Source: a virus
Taxonomy: Duplodnaviria; Heunggongvirae; Uroviricota; Caudoviricetes
Virus record (IMG/VR): IMGVR_UViG_2675903313_000009
Length of the DNA stretch: 64,000 nt
Reading direction: 5' to 3' (one strand)
This document shows, in pieces, positions 18,793-27,306 of this stretch. Numbering within the stretch: the first letter of the stretch is position 1; each line of letters opens with the position of its first letter. Made by a program: the position numbers and the translations under genes. The notes under the pieces are model-generated. The model had not been told where the DNA came from, made no database searches, and saw only the letters and a list, made by a program, of their open reading frames with translations.

Positions 18793-20367
18793 ATGGAATT
18801 GAACGACAAACAAATTAAGGATCTGGTGGCGCGACGCCACCCGGAATACGAAAAGAAAAAAGAACATTGGGACTTCCTCGCCAGCACTTACGCTGGCGGG
18901 CGTGGTTGGTTTACAGACAATATCTTTCGTTACTTTAAAGAGGGAGATCAGGAGTTTAAGGAGCGAGTTGAACGTGCTTATCGCTTCAACCACACTCGTG
19001 AGGTGGTAAACCTCATCAACAAATATCTCTTTAAAGAAGATATTCATAGAAATATCGAAGAGGCACCAGAGCAGATCCGCAATTTCTGGAAACGTGCGAC
19101 TCGCCAGAATGCCTCTATTGACTCATTTATGGCCGCTATTGATTTGCAGTCGTCTATTTACGGTCGCATATGGGTTGTTGTCGATAGCACGATGAGTGGT
19201 GATGTTGAGTCAGTAGCTGACGAGAAAAAGAAAGATGCTCGCGCCTACGCCTACTGGATTTCACCTCAGCAAATGCTGGATGTGGCATGGGACGACGACG
19301 GGAATATGTTGTGGGCGTTAATTGTGGAAGTCGCTCGTGATGACGCAGATCCTTTTACTTCTACAGGTCAGGAATACCAACGTTATCGTCTGTGGACACA
19401 AAACGAGTGGTATCTGCTCCGTGAGGAAGTGAAGAAGGGCGCTGGTGGAGCAGGTCGCCGTCAGGCAAAAGTTATTTTAGAGGATAGCGGTGAGCATAAT
19501 CTCGGCGTAGTTCCTGTGTTTCCTGTTGATTGTATTGGAGAAAGTGAATCACCGTATTTCAGCCCATCGTTGATCGATGATATCGCTTATCTTGATCGTG
19601 CGGTTGCAAACTATCTGTCAAACCTTGATGCCATTATTCAGGATCAGACATTTAGCCAGTTGGCTATACCGGTACAGTCGCTTTTACCTGGTGATGAAAA
19701 CCACACTAAAGTGCTTGAAATGGGCACAAAGCGAGTCTTCACCTACGATTCTGAAGGTGGAAACCAGCCGTTTTATCTGTCACCAGACCCGAAACAAGCT
19801 CAGATGATCATCACTACAATTAAGACGGTGATTAACGAAATCTACCATTCAGTTGGTGTAGCTGGTGAGCGAACGAAGCAGGACAACGCACAGGGAATCG
19901 ATAATTCATCTGGTGCCGCAAAAATGTATGACTTCCAGCGTGTAAATAGCTTGCTTGTCACAAAAGCAGAGCGTCTGGAAAGGGCTGAACGCCAAATCAT
20001 GCTACTGGTTGCGAAATGGATGGGGGTAGATCTGGACGAAGACCACTCTTTAATTGCGTATCCAGAAAGTTTCGATATTCGTGGCCTTACTGATGAATTT
20101 TCTGTTGCCGAGAAACTGTCATTACTTCAGGCACCGGACTCTGTACGTCGTCACCAGATGGAAATGCTTATTGAGAAGATTTTCCCGAACATTACTGAGG
20201 CGATGAAAAAGGAATTTGATAAAGATCTCTTGAATTTTCCTCCAAAAAATGATCTAAATACCCTTGAAAATAAGTCAGTACTTACTTATGATCGTGGTGC
20301 AGCCCAAGAAAGCGGGCAAGATCAACCCCGAGGGAATGGGGACTCATCTACTCAAGAGAACGAGTGA
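18793..20367 (+). CDS. Portal protein
   Basis: 524-aa ORF after terminase; size and gene order. Confidence 0.75.
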   Translation: MELNDKQIKDLVARRHPEYEKKKEHWDFLASTYAGGRGWFTDNIFRYFKEGDQEFKERVERAYRFNHTREVVNLINKYLFKEDIHRNIEEAPEQIRNFWKRATRQNASIDSFMAAIDLQSSIYGRIWVVVDSTMSGDVESVADEKKKDARAYAYWISPQQMLDVAWDDDGNMLWALIVEVARDDADPFTSTGQEYQRYRLWTQNEWYLLREEVKKGAGGAGRRQAKVILEDSGEHNLGVVPVFPVDCIGESESPYFSPSLIDDIAYLDRAVANYLSNLDAIIQDQTFSQLAIPVQSLLPGDENHTKVLEMGTKRVFTYDSEGGNQPFYLSPDPKQAQMIITTIKTVINEIYHSVGVAGERTKQDNAQGIDNSSGAAKMYDFQRVNSLLVTKAERLERAERQIMLLVAKWMGVDLDEDHSLIAYPESFDIRGLTDEFSVAEKLSLLQAPDSVRRHQMEMLIEKIFPNITEAMKKEFDKDLLNFPPKNDLNTLENKSVLTYDRGAAQESGQDQPRGNGDSSTQENE

Positions 20368-20388
20368 TAAGTAACAAAAGGAATTTTT

Positions 20389-21276
20389 ATGAATCTGTGG
20401 CAAATGCTTTTGGCCCGTCGTGGTCTGATGGATGTCGCTGAAGCGCATGAGCGTGGAGGCGCTGGCGGTGTAGCTGCTGATGATGAGCAGAGTACACAAG
20501 ATCCTGACAAACAGGGTGAACAAAAAGAGCAGCCGAAGGGCGATGACGAATACGCTGGCATGACTCAGGAAGAGTTACTGGCCGAACTTCGTAAAACCAA
20601 GAAAGCTGGTGCTGAACTGCTGAAGGAGAACATGAAGCGCAAAGAGAAAGAGCGCACATTGGCCGATCAGCTTGCTCAGTACGGTGAAATCGACCCGGCG
20701 CGTGCTCGCCAGCTTTTAGAAGCTGAACAGGCCGCAGAAAACGCACGTCGTGAGGCGGAGCAAGCTGAACTGGAGCGTCGTGGTGAGTTCGATGCTGTTA
20801 AAAAACAGATGATCGAAGCACACCAGGCAGAGCTGGCACAGCGTGACGAACGTTATGCAGCACTGGAAAGTGAAAACGCATCACTGAAATCTCAATTAGT
20901 CGAGATGACCGTGGGCGCTTCCTTCAGTAACTCTCTCTTCCTACGTGACAAAGTTCTGATGACTCCGGCAAAAGCCCGCGTGATCTACGGTTCTCATTTT
21001 GAAGTGGGTGAAGACGGTAGCGTAGTGGGTTATGACAAACCGGCAGGTCATAAAGAACGAGCTGTTCTGGTTGACGGTGAAGGTAAGCCGTTGCCGTTTG
21101 AATCCGCGATTGAACGCATTGTGCGGGCAGATCCGGAAGCTGACGCATTGATGCGTAGCGAAGCCAAGCAGGGTGTAGGCTCACATTCCAAATCGACCTA
21201 CACAATATCCCGACCGAAGAACAAGTCGACTATGGATAAGTTGGCCTCCGGTCTGGGGAAAATTGGACTTAAGTAA
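20389..21276 (+). CDS. Scaffolding protein
   Basis: Charged, coiled-coil-like (EAEQA/ELERR repeats); between portal and capsid. Confidence 0.6.
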   Translation: MNLWQMLLARRGLMDVAEAHERGGAGGVAADDEQSTQDPDKQGEQKEQPKGDDEYAGMTQEELLAELRKTKKAGAELLKENMKRKEKERTLADQLAQYGEIDPARARQLLEAEQAAENARREAEQAELERRGEFDAVKKQMIEAHQAELAQRDERYAALESENASLKSQLVEMTVGASFSNSLFLRDKVLMTPAKARVIYGSHFEVGEDGSVVGYDKPAGHKERAVLVDGEGKPLPFESAIERIVRADPEADALMRSEAKQGVGSHSKSTYTISRPKNKSTMDKLASGLGKIGLK

Positions 21277-21301
21277 CATCTAAATCAAAGGGAATTGATA
21301 G

Positions 21302-22177
21302 ATGCCATTACTGCGTGAAGAAGCTGAAAAGCTGTCTAACAACGAACTCGAACAGGGTGTGATCGAAACTATCATTGATCGCGATGACCTGTTTGCCATC
21401 CTGCCTTTTATGAAAATTAATTCAAAGGCATATCTGTACAATCGTGAAAAAACGCTGAGTGAAGCTACCTTCATCGACGTTAACGACACCATCACTGAAG
21501 GTGCAGCAACCTTCGAAGAATGCGTTGCGAAACTGCGTATTCTGGCTGGTGACGTAGACGTTGATAAATTCCTGGCGACCACTATGGCCGACACCAATAA
21601 CCAGTTGGCTATTCAGGTTCGTCAGAAAGTTAAAGGTCTGGCTCGTGCGTTCCGCCGCAACCTGATTTTGGGTGACTCCAGCTCCAACAACAAAGCGTTT
21701 GACGGCATTCCACGCCTGATGCACGCAGATCAGAAGATCGATATCGCCGGTGCATCTATGACTTTCTCTATGTTCGACGAACTGGTCGATGCGGTGAAAG
21801 ATCTTGGTGCTGACTGCATCATGATGCGTTCAGAGCACCTGCGTGCTTATCGTGCGCTGCTGCGTACAGTAAACGTAGGTCCGTCTGAAATCATGATGGA
21901 GAACTTTGGTCGTCCGATGCTGTGTCATAACGGCGTTCCGTTCATCATCAACGACTTCATCCCGACCGATGCTGGTAAAGCAAGCATCTACTGCCTGCAT
22001 CTGTCAGAAGAGAACGGCGTTACTGGTCTGTATGGCGGCGACAACGCAGGTATCGTTGTTGAAAACATTGGTACTGTACAGAACAAAGACGCAGTACGTA
22101 CCCGTGTGAAGTGGTACTGCTCTCTGGCGAATAAGCACGATAAGGCTATCGCTGCACTGACCAATGTAAAAATTTAA
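21302..22177 (+). CDS. Major capsid protein
   Basis: 291-aa ORF after scaffold, followed by strong terminator. Confidence 0.75.
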   Translation: MPLLREEAEKLSNNELEQGVIETIIDRDDLFAILPFMKINSKAYLYNREKTLSEATFIDVNDTITEGAATFEECVAKLRILAGDVDVDKFLATTMADTNNQLAIQVRQKVKGLARAFRRNLILGDSSSNNKAFDGIPRLMHADQKIDIAGASMTFSMFDELVDAVKDLGADCIMMRSEHLRAYRALLRTVNVGPSEIMMENFGRPMLCHNGVPFIINDFIPTDAGKASIYCLHLSEENGVTGLYGGDNAGIVVENIGTVQNKDAVRTRVKWYCSLANKHDKAIAALTNVKI

Positions 22178-22188
22178 TCAGAGTAGTA

Positions 22189-22202
22189 GATAAGTAGTTA
22201 TC
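22189..22202. promoter_or_regulatory. Palindromic GATAAGTA..TTATC motif copy
   Basis: gataagtagttatc. Confidence 0.35.
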
Positions 22203-22211
22203 TATGTTAAA

Positions 22212-22238
22212 GGGTGGGCTATACGCCCACCCTTTTTG
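22212..22238 (+). terminator. Rho-independent terminator after capsid gene
   Basis: Stem gggtgggc/gcccaccc then TTTTT. Confidence 0.85.
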
Positions 22239-22250
22239 TAGGAGCGAGAA

Positions 22251-23171
22251 ATGCCAGAACAAAAGATGAAGATTACGGAAGAGGCATTTTCGGATTTTAC
22301 GGGGCATATGTGCCGCGCCGGATTTACCAATTCTATCTCCGATGAACCTTTAACCGAGCGGCAACAAAGTCAGCTATCTGCTTGTTTGCAGGCGGTTCCC
22401 CTCTCCCAATCCGTAAACATAACCCCGGCTTCACCGTCAGTTTTGGTTGGGAAAACTGTTCAACTTAGTGCAGGTATTAGTATGGGTAAGAGTGCCAGTT
22501 CATTCACCTGGAAGTCAGCAAATGACCAAATTGCAACCGTTAACGGCACTGGATTAGTAACTGGCGTAGCACCAGGCAAAGTAAAAATTACTGCAACTGA
22601 TCAGGAAACCCAGCTTTCCGCTTCAGTGGAAGTCACCGTAAATCCGGTAGCCGTTCAATCCGTAACGGTAACGCCAGCATCAACGTCTGTTGAGAAAGGG
22701 AAATCAGTCAGTCTGAAAGCGAATGTTCAGCCGTCAAATGCGACGAATAAGGCTGTTACCTGGTCTTCCAAAAATGAAGATAAGGCAACGGTAGACCAGA
22801 GCGGGAACGTTACTGGTGTAGAAGTTGGCACTGCGACGATTGAGATCGTTTCCCAAGATGGTAGCAAAAAGGCAACTGCAACGGTGGAAGTAACTGCGCC
22901 TGTTGTGGCTGTTACAGGCGTCGAAATCGACCCAAATAGCACAACCGTTGAGGCAAACAAAACTGTTCAGCTGACCGCAAATGTCGAGCCGGCAGGAGCC
23001 ACAAATAAAACCGTTACTTGGGAATCTAAAAATACCGAGTTTGCAACGGTTGACAGCGAAACCGGTGTTGTAACTGGTGTTGCGGCTGGTACTGCCACAA
23101 TCGAGGTTACTACCCAAGATGGTAGCCACAAAGCGACAGCGACCGTAGAAGTCACTGCTGCACAGGAATAA
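22251..23171 (+). CDS. Ig-like (Big_2-type) domain protein, probable head decoration or fibre
   Basis: Three tandem ~80-aa Ig-like repeats (VTVTPASTSV..TATVEVTA). Confidence 0.7.
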   Translation: MPEQKMKITEEAFSDFTGHMCRAGFTNSISDEPLTERQQSQLSACLQAVPLSQSVNITPASPSVLVGKTVQLSAGISMGKSASSFTWKSANDQIATVNGTGLVTGVAPGKVKITATDQETQLSASVEVTVNPVAVQSVTVTPASTSVEKGKSVSLKANVQPSNATNKAVTWSSKNEDKATVDQSGNVTGVEVGTATIEIVSQDGSKKATATVEVTAPVVAVTGVEIDPNSTTVEANKTVQLTANVEPAGATNKTVTWESKNTEFATVDSETGVVTGVAAGTATIEVTTQDGSHKATATVEVTAAQE

Positions 23172-23179
23172 TCAATATT

Positions 23180-23197
23180 GGGCGGCGAAAGCCGCCC
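23180..23197 (+). terminator. Hairpin, possible terminator
   Basis: Stem gggcggc/gccgccc with GAAA loop; no T tract. Confidence 0.4.
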
Positions 23198-23215
23198 ATG
23201 TAGAGAGAATGCGTT

Positions 23216-23650
23216 ATGAAACCAGCAAAAATTGTTTTATTAGAACCGCAATTTTCCGGTTATTCGGGAATGTTGTGCGGCGTTCAGTTCGAGAACGGGT
23301 TGTCCGTAGCGGAGTTGCCTTTTATCGATCAGCAAAGGATTTGTGCCTCAATGCGAGCATCAACAGTCGAGGGCAAAAATGTTTCTCCGTCTGCCGCATA
23401 CAGTGATCGTGGCGAGTTGACCGCAGACCTGATTACCGAGCCAGCAGCACCTGACATTGTGCCAATGAAACGTGGGACACCAGATGAACCGGCCAAACAG
23501 ATCCAGACTTTCACACGAGAAGAGTTGGAGTCAATTGCAGACAATGAAGGCATTGCCGGTCTACGTGTGATTGGTAATCAGGTTGGTGTCAAAGCGAAAG
23601 GAATTGTCGAGATGATTGAAGGCATCCTGAAAGCACAAGGCGGTGAGTAA
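23216..23650 (+). CDS. Hypothetical virion morphogenesis protein
   Basis: ORF in head-tail connector region. Confidence 0.4.
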   Translation: MKPAKIVLLEPQFSGYSGMLCGVQFENGLSVAELPFIDQQRICASMRASTVEGKNVSPSAAYSDRGELTADLITEPAAPDIVPMKRGTPDEPAKQIQTFTREELESIADNEGIAGLRVIGNQVGVKAKGIVEMIEGILKAQGGE

Positions 23651-24483
23651 TGGCGCAGATCGACTCGTATCGTAGCGGTGAAGCTGTTTCCCTTTCATTT
23701 GCCTTCAACGTGCTGGATATCGAATCTGCTACCTACACAGTAAAGGACAGCACCGGGGCTATTCTCGTTGATGGCGAGCCGCTAGAAATTACCAGCGGTC
23801 AAATGTCGATTCCGGTTGTCGTGTCGGCTGAATATAACCAGCTCTCTGAGAAAGAACGCGATCTGCGGTACGTCATTGTGAAGGCTGTTGCATCGGGTCT
23901 GACGCATGAAGAGCGGCAAATGTATGTTCTGCTGAATAGTTTTGAACTGTCGATACCAGAACAGTCGTTTGCAACTGTCGCTGATGCTCAAATGCAGGCG
24001 ATCGATATGCTGAATGGGGACACTTTGCTGTCGGATGGTGAAGGCTTAATGCGCAAGCGTCTCATTGAGGCTACCAGACGAATTAAAACTTTACCGTTCT
24101 CAATCCGCAAAATTCTACGTATCGACTTTGACCGATACGATCGCCCTCAAAATATGCTGAATGTGTATGACATTCCGTGGGGAGCAGATGGAGCGTACCG
24201 GCATGATTTAGTCGATTGGGAAAAGATGACGCAGGAGAAGTTTGAAGAGTTCCCTGACTACTTCAAAGAAGCGTTGATGCTTGCCGTTGTCAACGAAGCG
24301 TGTGAGATCGCAAATGGCAATGATGTAGCCGCAGCACGAGAGGATGGCATTTTGTCAGAGTCCATCGGTGAAACAACCAACATGTACCGTACCGGTAAAG
24401 CTGCAAACGTGCATGTGGCTCGTAGTACCTGGCGCTTGCTGGTCAGTTACATCAACAACCGTATGATTGTTCGCCGTGCGTAA
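23650..24483 (+). CDS. Hypothetical virion morphogenesis protein
   Basis: 277-aa ORF, start overlaps upstream stop. Confidence 0.45.
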   Translation: MAQIDSYRSGEAVSLSFAFNVLDIESATYTVKDSTGAILVDGEPLEITSGQMSIPVVVSAEYNQLSEKERDLRYVIVKAVASGLTHEERQMYVLLNSFELSIPEQSFATVADAQMQAIDMLNGDTLLSDGEGLMRKRLIEATRRIKTLPFSIRKILRIDFDRYDRPQNMLNVYDIPWGADGAYRHDLVDWEKMTQEKFEEFPDYFKEALMLAVVNEACEIANGNDVAAAREDGILSESIGETTNMYRTGKAANVHVARSTWRLLVSYINNRMIVRRA

Positions 24484-24562
24484 CGCCAGTCGCATTATTT
24501 ACTTTTGGTCGAAAGGTTTTTTGGCCAGTAATGAGAGCGACCGACAACAACAGGGAGAGAGC

Positions 24563-24907
24563 ATGAATATTTCATGGCAAACAGAAATTGCGATATACCG
24601 ATTTGGCGCAAAGAATGTTTACGGCGAGGCGCAATTGCAATTCGTCAGGAAGACGAATGTCGGCGTGGTTAAGTTCGAACAGAGTAATGAGAAATCGTCA
24701 GTTCGTGCTGATAGCTCTGGTAGTCGTGGTAAGGCGAGCCTGGAACTGTTTGATGCTGTGTTAGTTGTCCCTTTGGAAGCGGCTGTACAACTTGATGATG
24801 TACTGATCCTTGAAGGTCAAAAATTAAAGGTGTCCAGTGTTCATCGCCGCTGGGGGCTACGAGGAAGACCTGGGCATCTTGAAGTGGGGGCGAATATATG
24901 GGTCTGA
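24563..24907 (+). CDS. Hypothetical head-tail joining protein
   Basis: Start set at ATG 24563 with GGGAGAG RBS. Confidence 0.4.
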   Translation: MNISWQTEIAIYRFGAKNVYGEAQLQFVRKTNVGVVKFEQSNEKSSVRADSSGSRGKASLELFDAVLVVPLEAAVQLDDVLILEGQKLKVSSVHRRWGLRGRPGHLEVGANIWV

Positions 24908-25371
24908 AATACGATGCGCATCAGTTCAAACGTGCGGGGAATAGACTCAACAACAGCCAGAAAGCATTTAAGCGATATCTTATTCGGGACATGGAAAAGC
25001 TGGCGCGTTTGGTTGAGCGTCTCAGCCGTGCAATGGCCCCGCTGGAAACCGGATCTCTGGAGACAGCCATCTTTGCCAGGGTGATTAAAGAAGGTTATTC
25101 AGGGCTGCGCATTGAGCTTTCTGTGTCTGGAGCAAAACCACGTCAGGGGCATCCGGGCGTAGAAGTCGGTGACTATGCTAAGTACATGGAGCTGGGTAAA
25201 TACCGACTCGGTTATCTTTCTCGAATGAAGAACGTGACAAACCCACCAATTGCCGGTGTTAAACCCCGTGTTGGGCCACACTTTCTGGAAAGAGCGGTGG
25301 AAATTAGCGAGAAGCAGTTCTCAGAAGCGATTCTTGAGGCTGCCAGAAAAGCCGGATTTACGAGAGGTTAA
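24898..25371 (+). CDS. Hypothetical head-tail joining protein
   Basis: 157-aa ORF overlapping neighbours. Confidence 0.45.
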   Translation: MGLKYDAHQFKRAGNRLNNSQKAFKRYLIRDMEKLARLVERLSRAMAPLETGSLETAIFARVIKEGYSGLRIELSVSGAKPRQGHPGVEVGDYAKYMELGKYRLGYLSRMKNVTNPPIAGVKPRVGPHFLERAVEISEKQFSEAILEAARKAGFTRG

Positions 25372-25372
25372 T

Positions 25373-25756
25373 GTGTTTATTGAAGCGTTTGCAAGTTTGA
25401 TGCAGAAGGCAAAGATTGGCACGGTCGGGACTGACATTTTCTGTCACTACTTGCCTGCCAATGTGAAATCTGGCGTCCTGCTTATTAACCCAAATACCGG
25501 TATCAGCATCGATCATGAGCTACAGGGCTTTTATCACGAATCATTCACAATCATTGTGCGTGGTTCGTCAATTACTACGACGGTTGAGAAAGCCAATAAA
25601 ATCATTGAGATGTTTCCAGTAGAGGAAACGGAATCTGGTGGTGTTTATTTTCGACTTGTACGACCGATGGCGATGCCAATCATTTATCCCAAAAATGATG
25701 GGGCATTAATAGAAGCAGGCATTCCTGTTGAATTTGCTGGCTATTTATTGAATTAA
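25373..25756 (+). CDS. Hypothetical tail completion protein
   Basis: GTG start with GAGG RBS immediately after upstream stop. Confidence 0.4.
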   Translation: MFIEAFASLMQKAKIGTVGTDIFCHYLPANVKSGVLLINPNTGISIDHELQGFYHESFTIIVRGSSITTTVEKANKIIEMFPVEETESGGVYFRLVRPMAMPIIYPKNDGALIEAGIPVEFAGYLLN

Positions 25757-25762
25757 CTCAAT

Positions 25763-25782
25763 TAGTAAGTATATACTTACTA
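25763..25782. promoter_or_regulatory. Palindromic TAAGTA..TACTTA motif copy (perfect 20-bp palindrome)
   Basis: tagtaagtatatacttacta upstream of major tail gene. Confidence 0.45.
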
Positions 25783-25830
25783 TTAGCGCAATGAATGCGT
25801 AGAATTAACGGAAAAAGGAGTTTTCCATCA

Positions 25831-26577
25831 ATGTCTAATACCCATGTAAAAAACATCAAACTTGGTGCCTGTAAGGTGTCGTTTGGTGGTGTGGATTTGG
25901 GTTACACCAAAGGTGGTGTTCAGGTTGAAATCGCAACCGAAACGCTGAAAGTGACCGTAGACCAGCTGGGCCAGACCACGATCTCCGAGCTGATCCAGGG
26001 CCGCAACATCACCATTACTGCGCCGCTGGCTGAATCCGTGTTGAAAAACATGGTCGATCTGATGCCAGGTTCCACGCTGAGTTCTGGCGAAGATACCGTA
26101 ACCATCACGTCTGCGCAGGGAGTGAACCTGATCGACGTTGCGAAAGAGTTGGTGCTGACCCCGCAGGATGCGACGGATTATGTTCTGACCATCCCTAAAG
26201 CAGCAACCGCGGGTAACTTCACCATGACCTACCAGTCTGACGACGTTCGCGTGTTCTCAGTTGAGTTTTCCGCTTACCCGGACGACGCTGGCGTGTTGGG
26301 GAAAATGAGCCTCCCAAAGCCGGTTGAGAGCGTCACGCTGACCCCGTCTTCACCGACCGTAAAAGTGGGCACTAAAGTTCAATTGAGCGCAACCTTCACC
26401 CCGGCCGATGCAACCAATAAGACTGGCGTGTGGAGCTCTGATGCGACTGATAAAGCGACCGTAGATCAGAACGGACTGGTAACTGGTAAAGCTGTCGGTT
26501 CAGCCAATATCACCTTCACAACTAATGACGGTGCCAAGAAGGCGACCAAAGCCGTCTCTGTAACTGCCGCAAGCTAA
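25831..26577 (+). CDS. Major tail protein with C-terminal Ig-like (Big_2-type) domain
   Basis: AAAGGAG RBS; C-terminal Ig-like segment; position before chaperone and tape measure. Confidence 0.7.
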   Translation: MSNTHVKNIKLGACKVSFGGVDLGYTKGGVQVEIATETLKVTVDQLGQTTISELIQGRNITITAPLAESVLKNMVDLMPGSTLSSGEDTVTITSAQGVNLIDVAKELVLTPQDATDYVLTIPKAATAGNFTMTYQSDDVRVFSVEFSAYPDDAGVLGKMSLPKPVESVTLTPSSPTVKVGTKVQLSATFTPADATNKTGVWSSDATDKATVDQNGLVTGKAVGSANITFTTNDGAKKATKAVSVTAAS

Positions 26578-26592
26578 ATTGTGATAACCCAA

Positions 26593-26612
26593 GAGGCCCA
26601 TGGATGGGCCTC
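26593..26612 (+). terminator. Hairpin after major tail gene
   Basis: Stem gaggccca/tgggcctc. Confidence 0.45.
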
Positions 26613-26638
26613 TGTATGAGTTTAAAAGGATTTAAACC

Positions 26639-26956
26639 ATGACCAAATTACTCGATCTCGACTCCATTCTGCCGCCGAAAAAAAGCATCAAATTTGGTGG
26701 CAAAGAATATCCCATCGTTGAAATGACCGTCGGCCTCTTTGTTTCCATCAAGCAGATGGAAGGCAAAGATCTCATGAACATGTCTCCTGTTGAGCAAGTG
26801 ACAGCTTATGCAGATCTGGTTCGTAAGGTTATCCCTTCAGTACCTGACGAAGTTCTTGAAAAACTGACTGTTCCGCAACTCCAGCAGATCTTCACCTTCG
26901 CTATGGAAGTGATTGATGAAGAAAACGAAAAAGCGGCTGGCGAAGGGGCAAAGTAA
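26639..26956 (+). CDS. Tail assembly chaperone (lambda G-like position)
   Basis: Small acidic ORF between major tail and tape measure. Confidence 0.55.
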   Translation: MTKLLDLDSILPPKKSIKFGGKEYPIVEMTVGLFVSIKQMEGKDLMNMSPVEQVTAYADLVRKVIPSVPDEVLEKLTVPQLQQIFTFAMEVIDEENEKAAGEGAK

Positions 26957-27036
26957 TTTCCCGTGATGAATCCGGGACAAGGACCGTCTCAATAGATCTC
27001 GGATTCTATTTCAGTCGTGTAGTTGCTCACTACGCC

Positions 27037-27306
27037 GTGTCGCCATTAGAGCTACTGAACGTTCCTCTCACGATGTTCTGGATGCTCAGTCGCAATATAG
27101 ACCGTCTGCGTGCGGAAGAGGATGTCCGCAACTTACAAGTCGCTCGTGCGTCCCAGGCGGATGGCGAGGCTGTGAAGGCGTTCATGGAGGGTTTGCAACT
27201 CAGGATTGGAAGACCTGTCGTAACAGATAAAGTCTACGATCCAAGCCAGGATAAGGCAGACCCTGACGCCAAAGAGCAACTGATGCAAATATTTGGCAGA
27301 GGATGA
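27037..27306 (+). CDS. Possible tail assembly chaperone extension (T-like)
   Basis: Frame is -1 relative to 26639..26956 and open from 26920; no canonical slippery heptamer found. Confidence 0.35.
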   Translation: MSPLELLNVPLTMFWMLSRNIDRLRAEEDVRNLQVARASQADGEAVKAFMEGLQLRIGRPVVTDKVYDPSQDKADPDAKEQLMQIFGRG

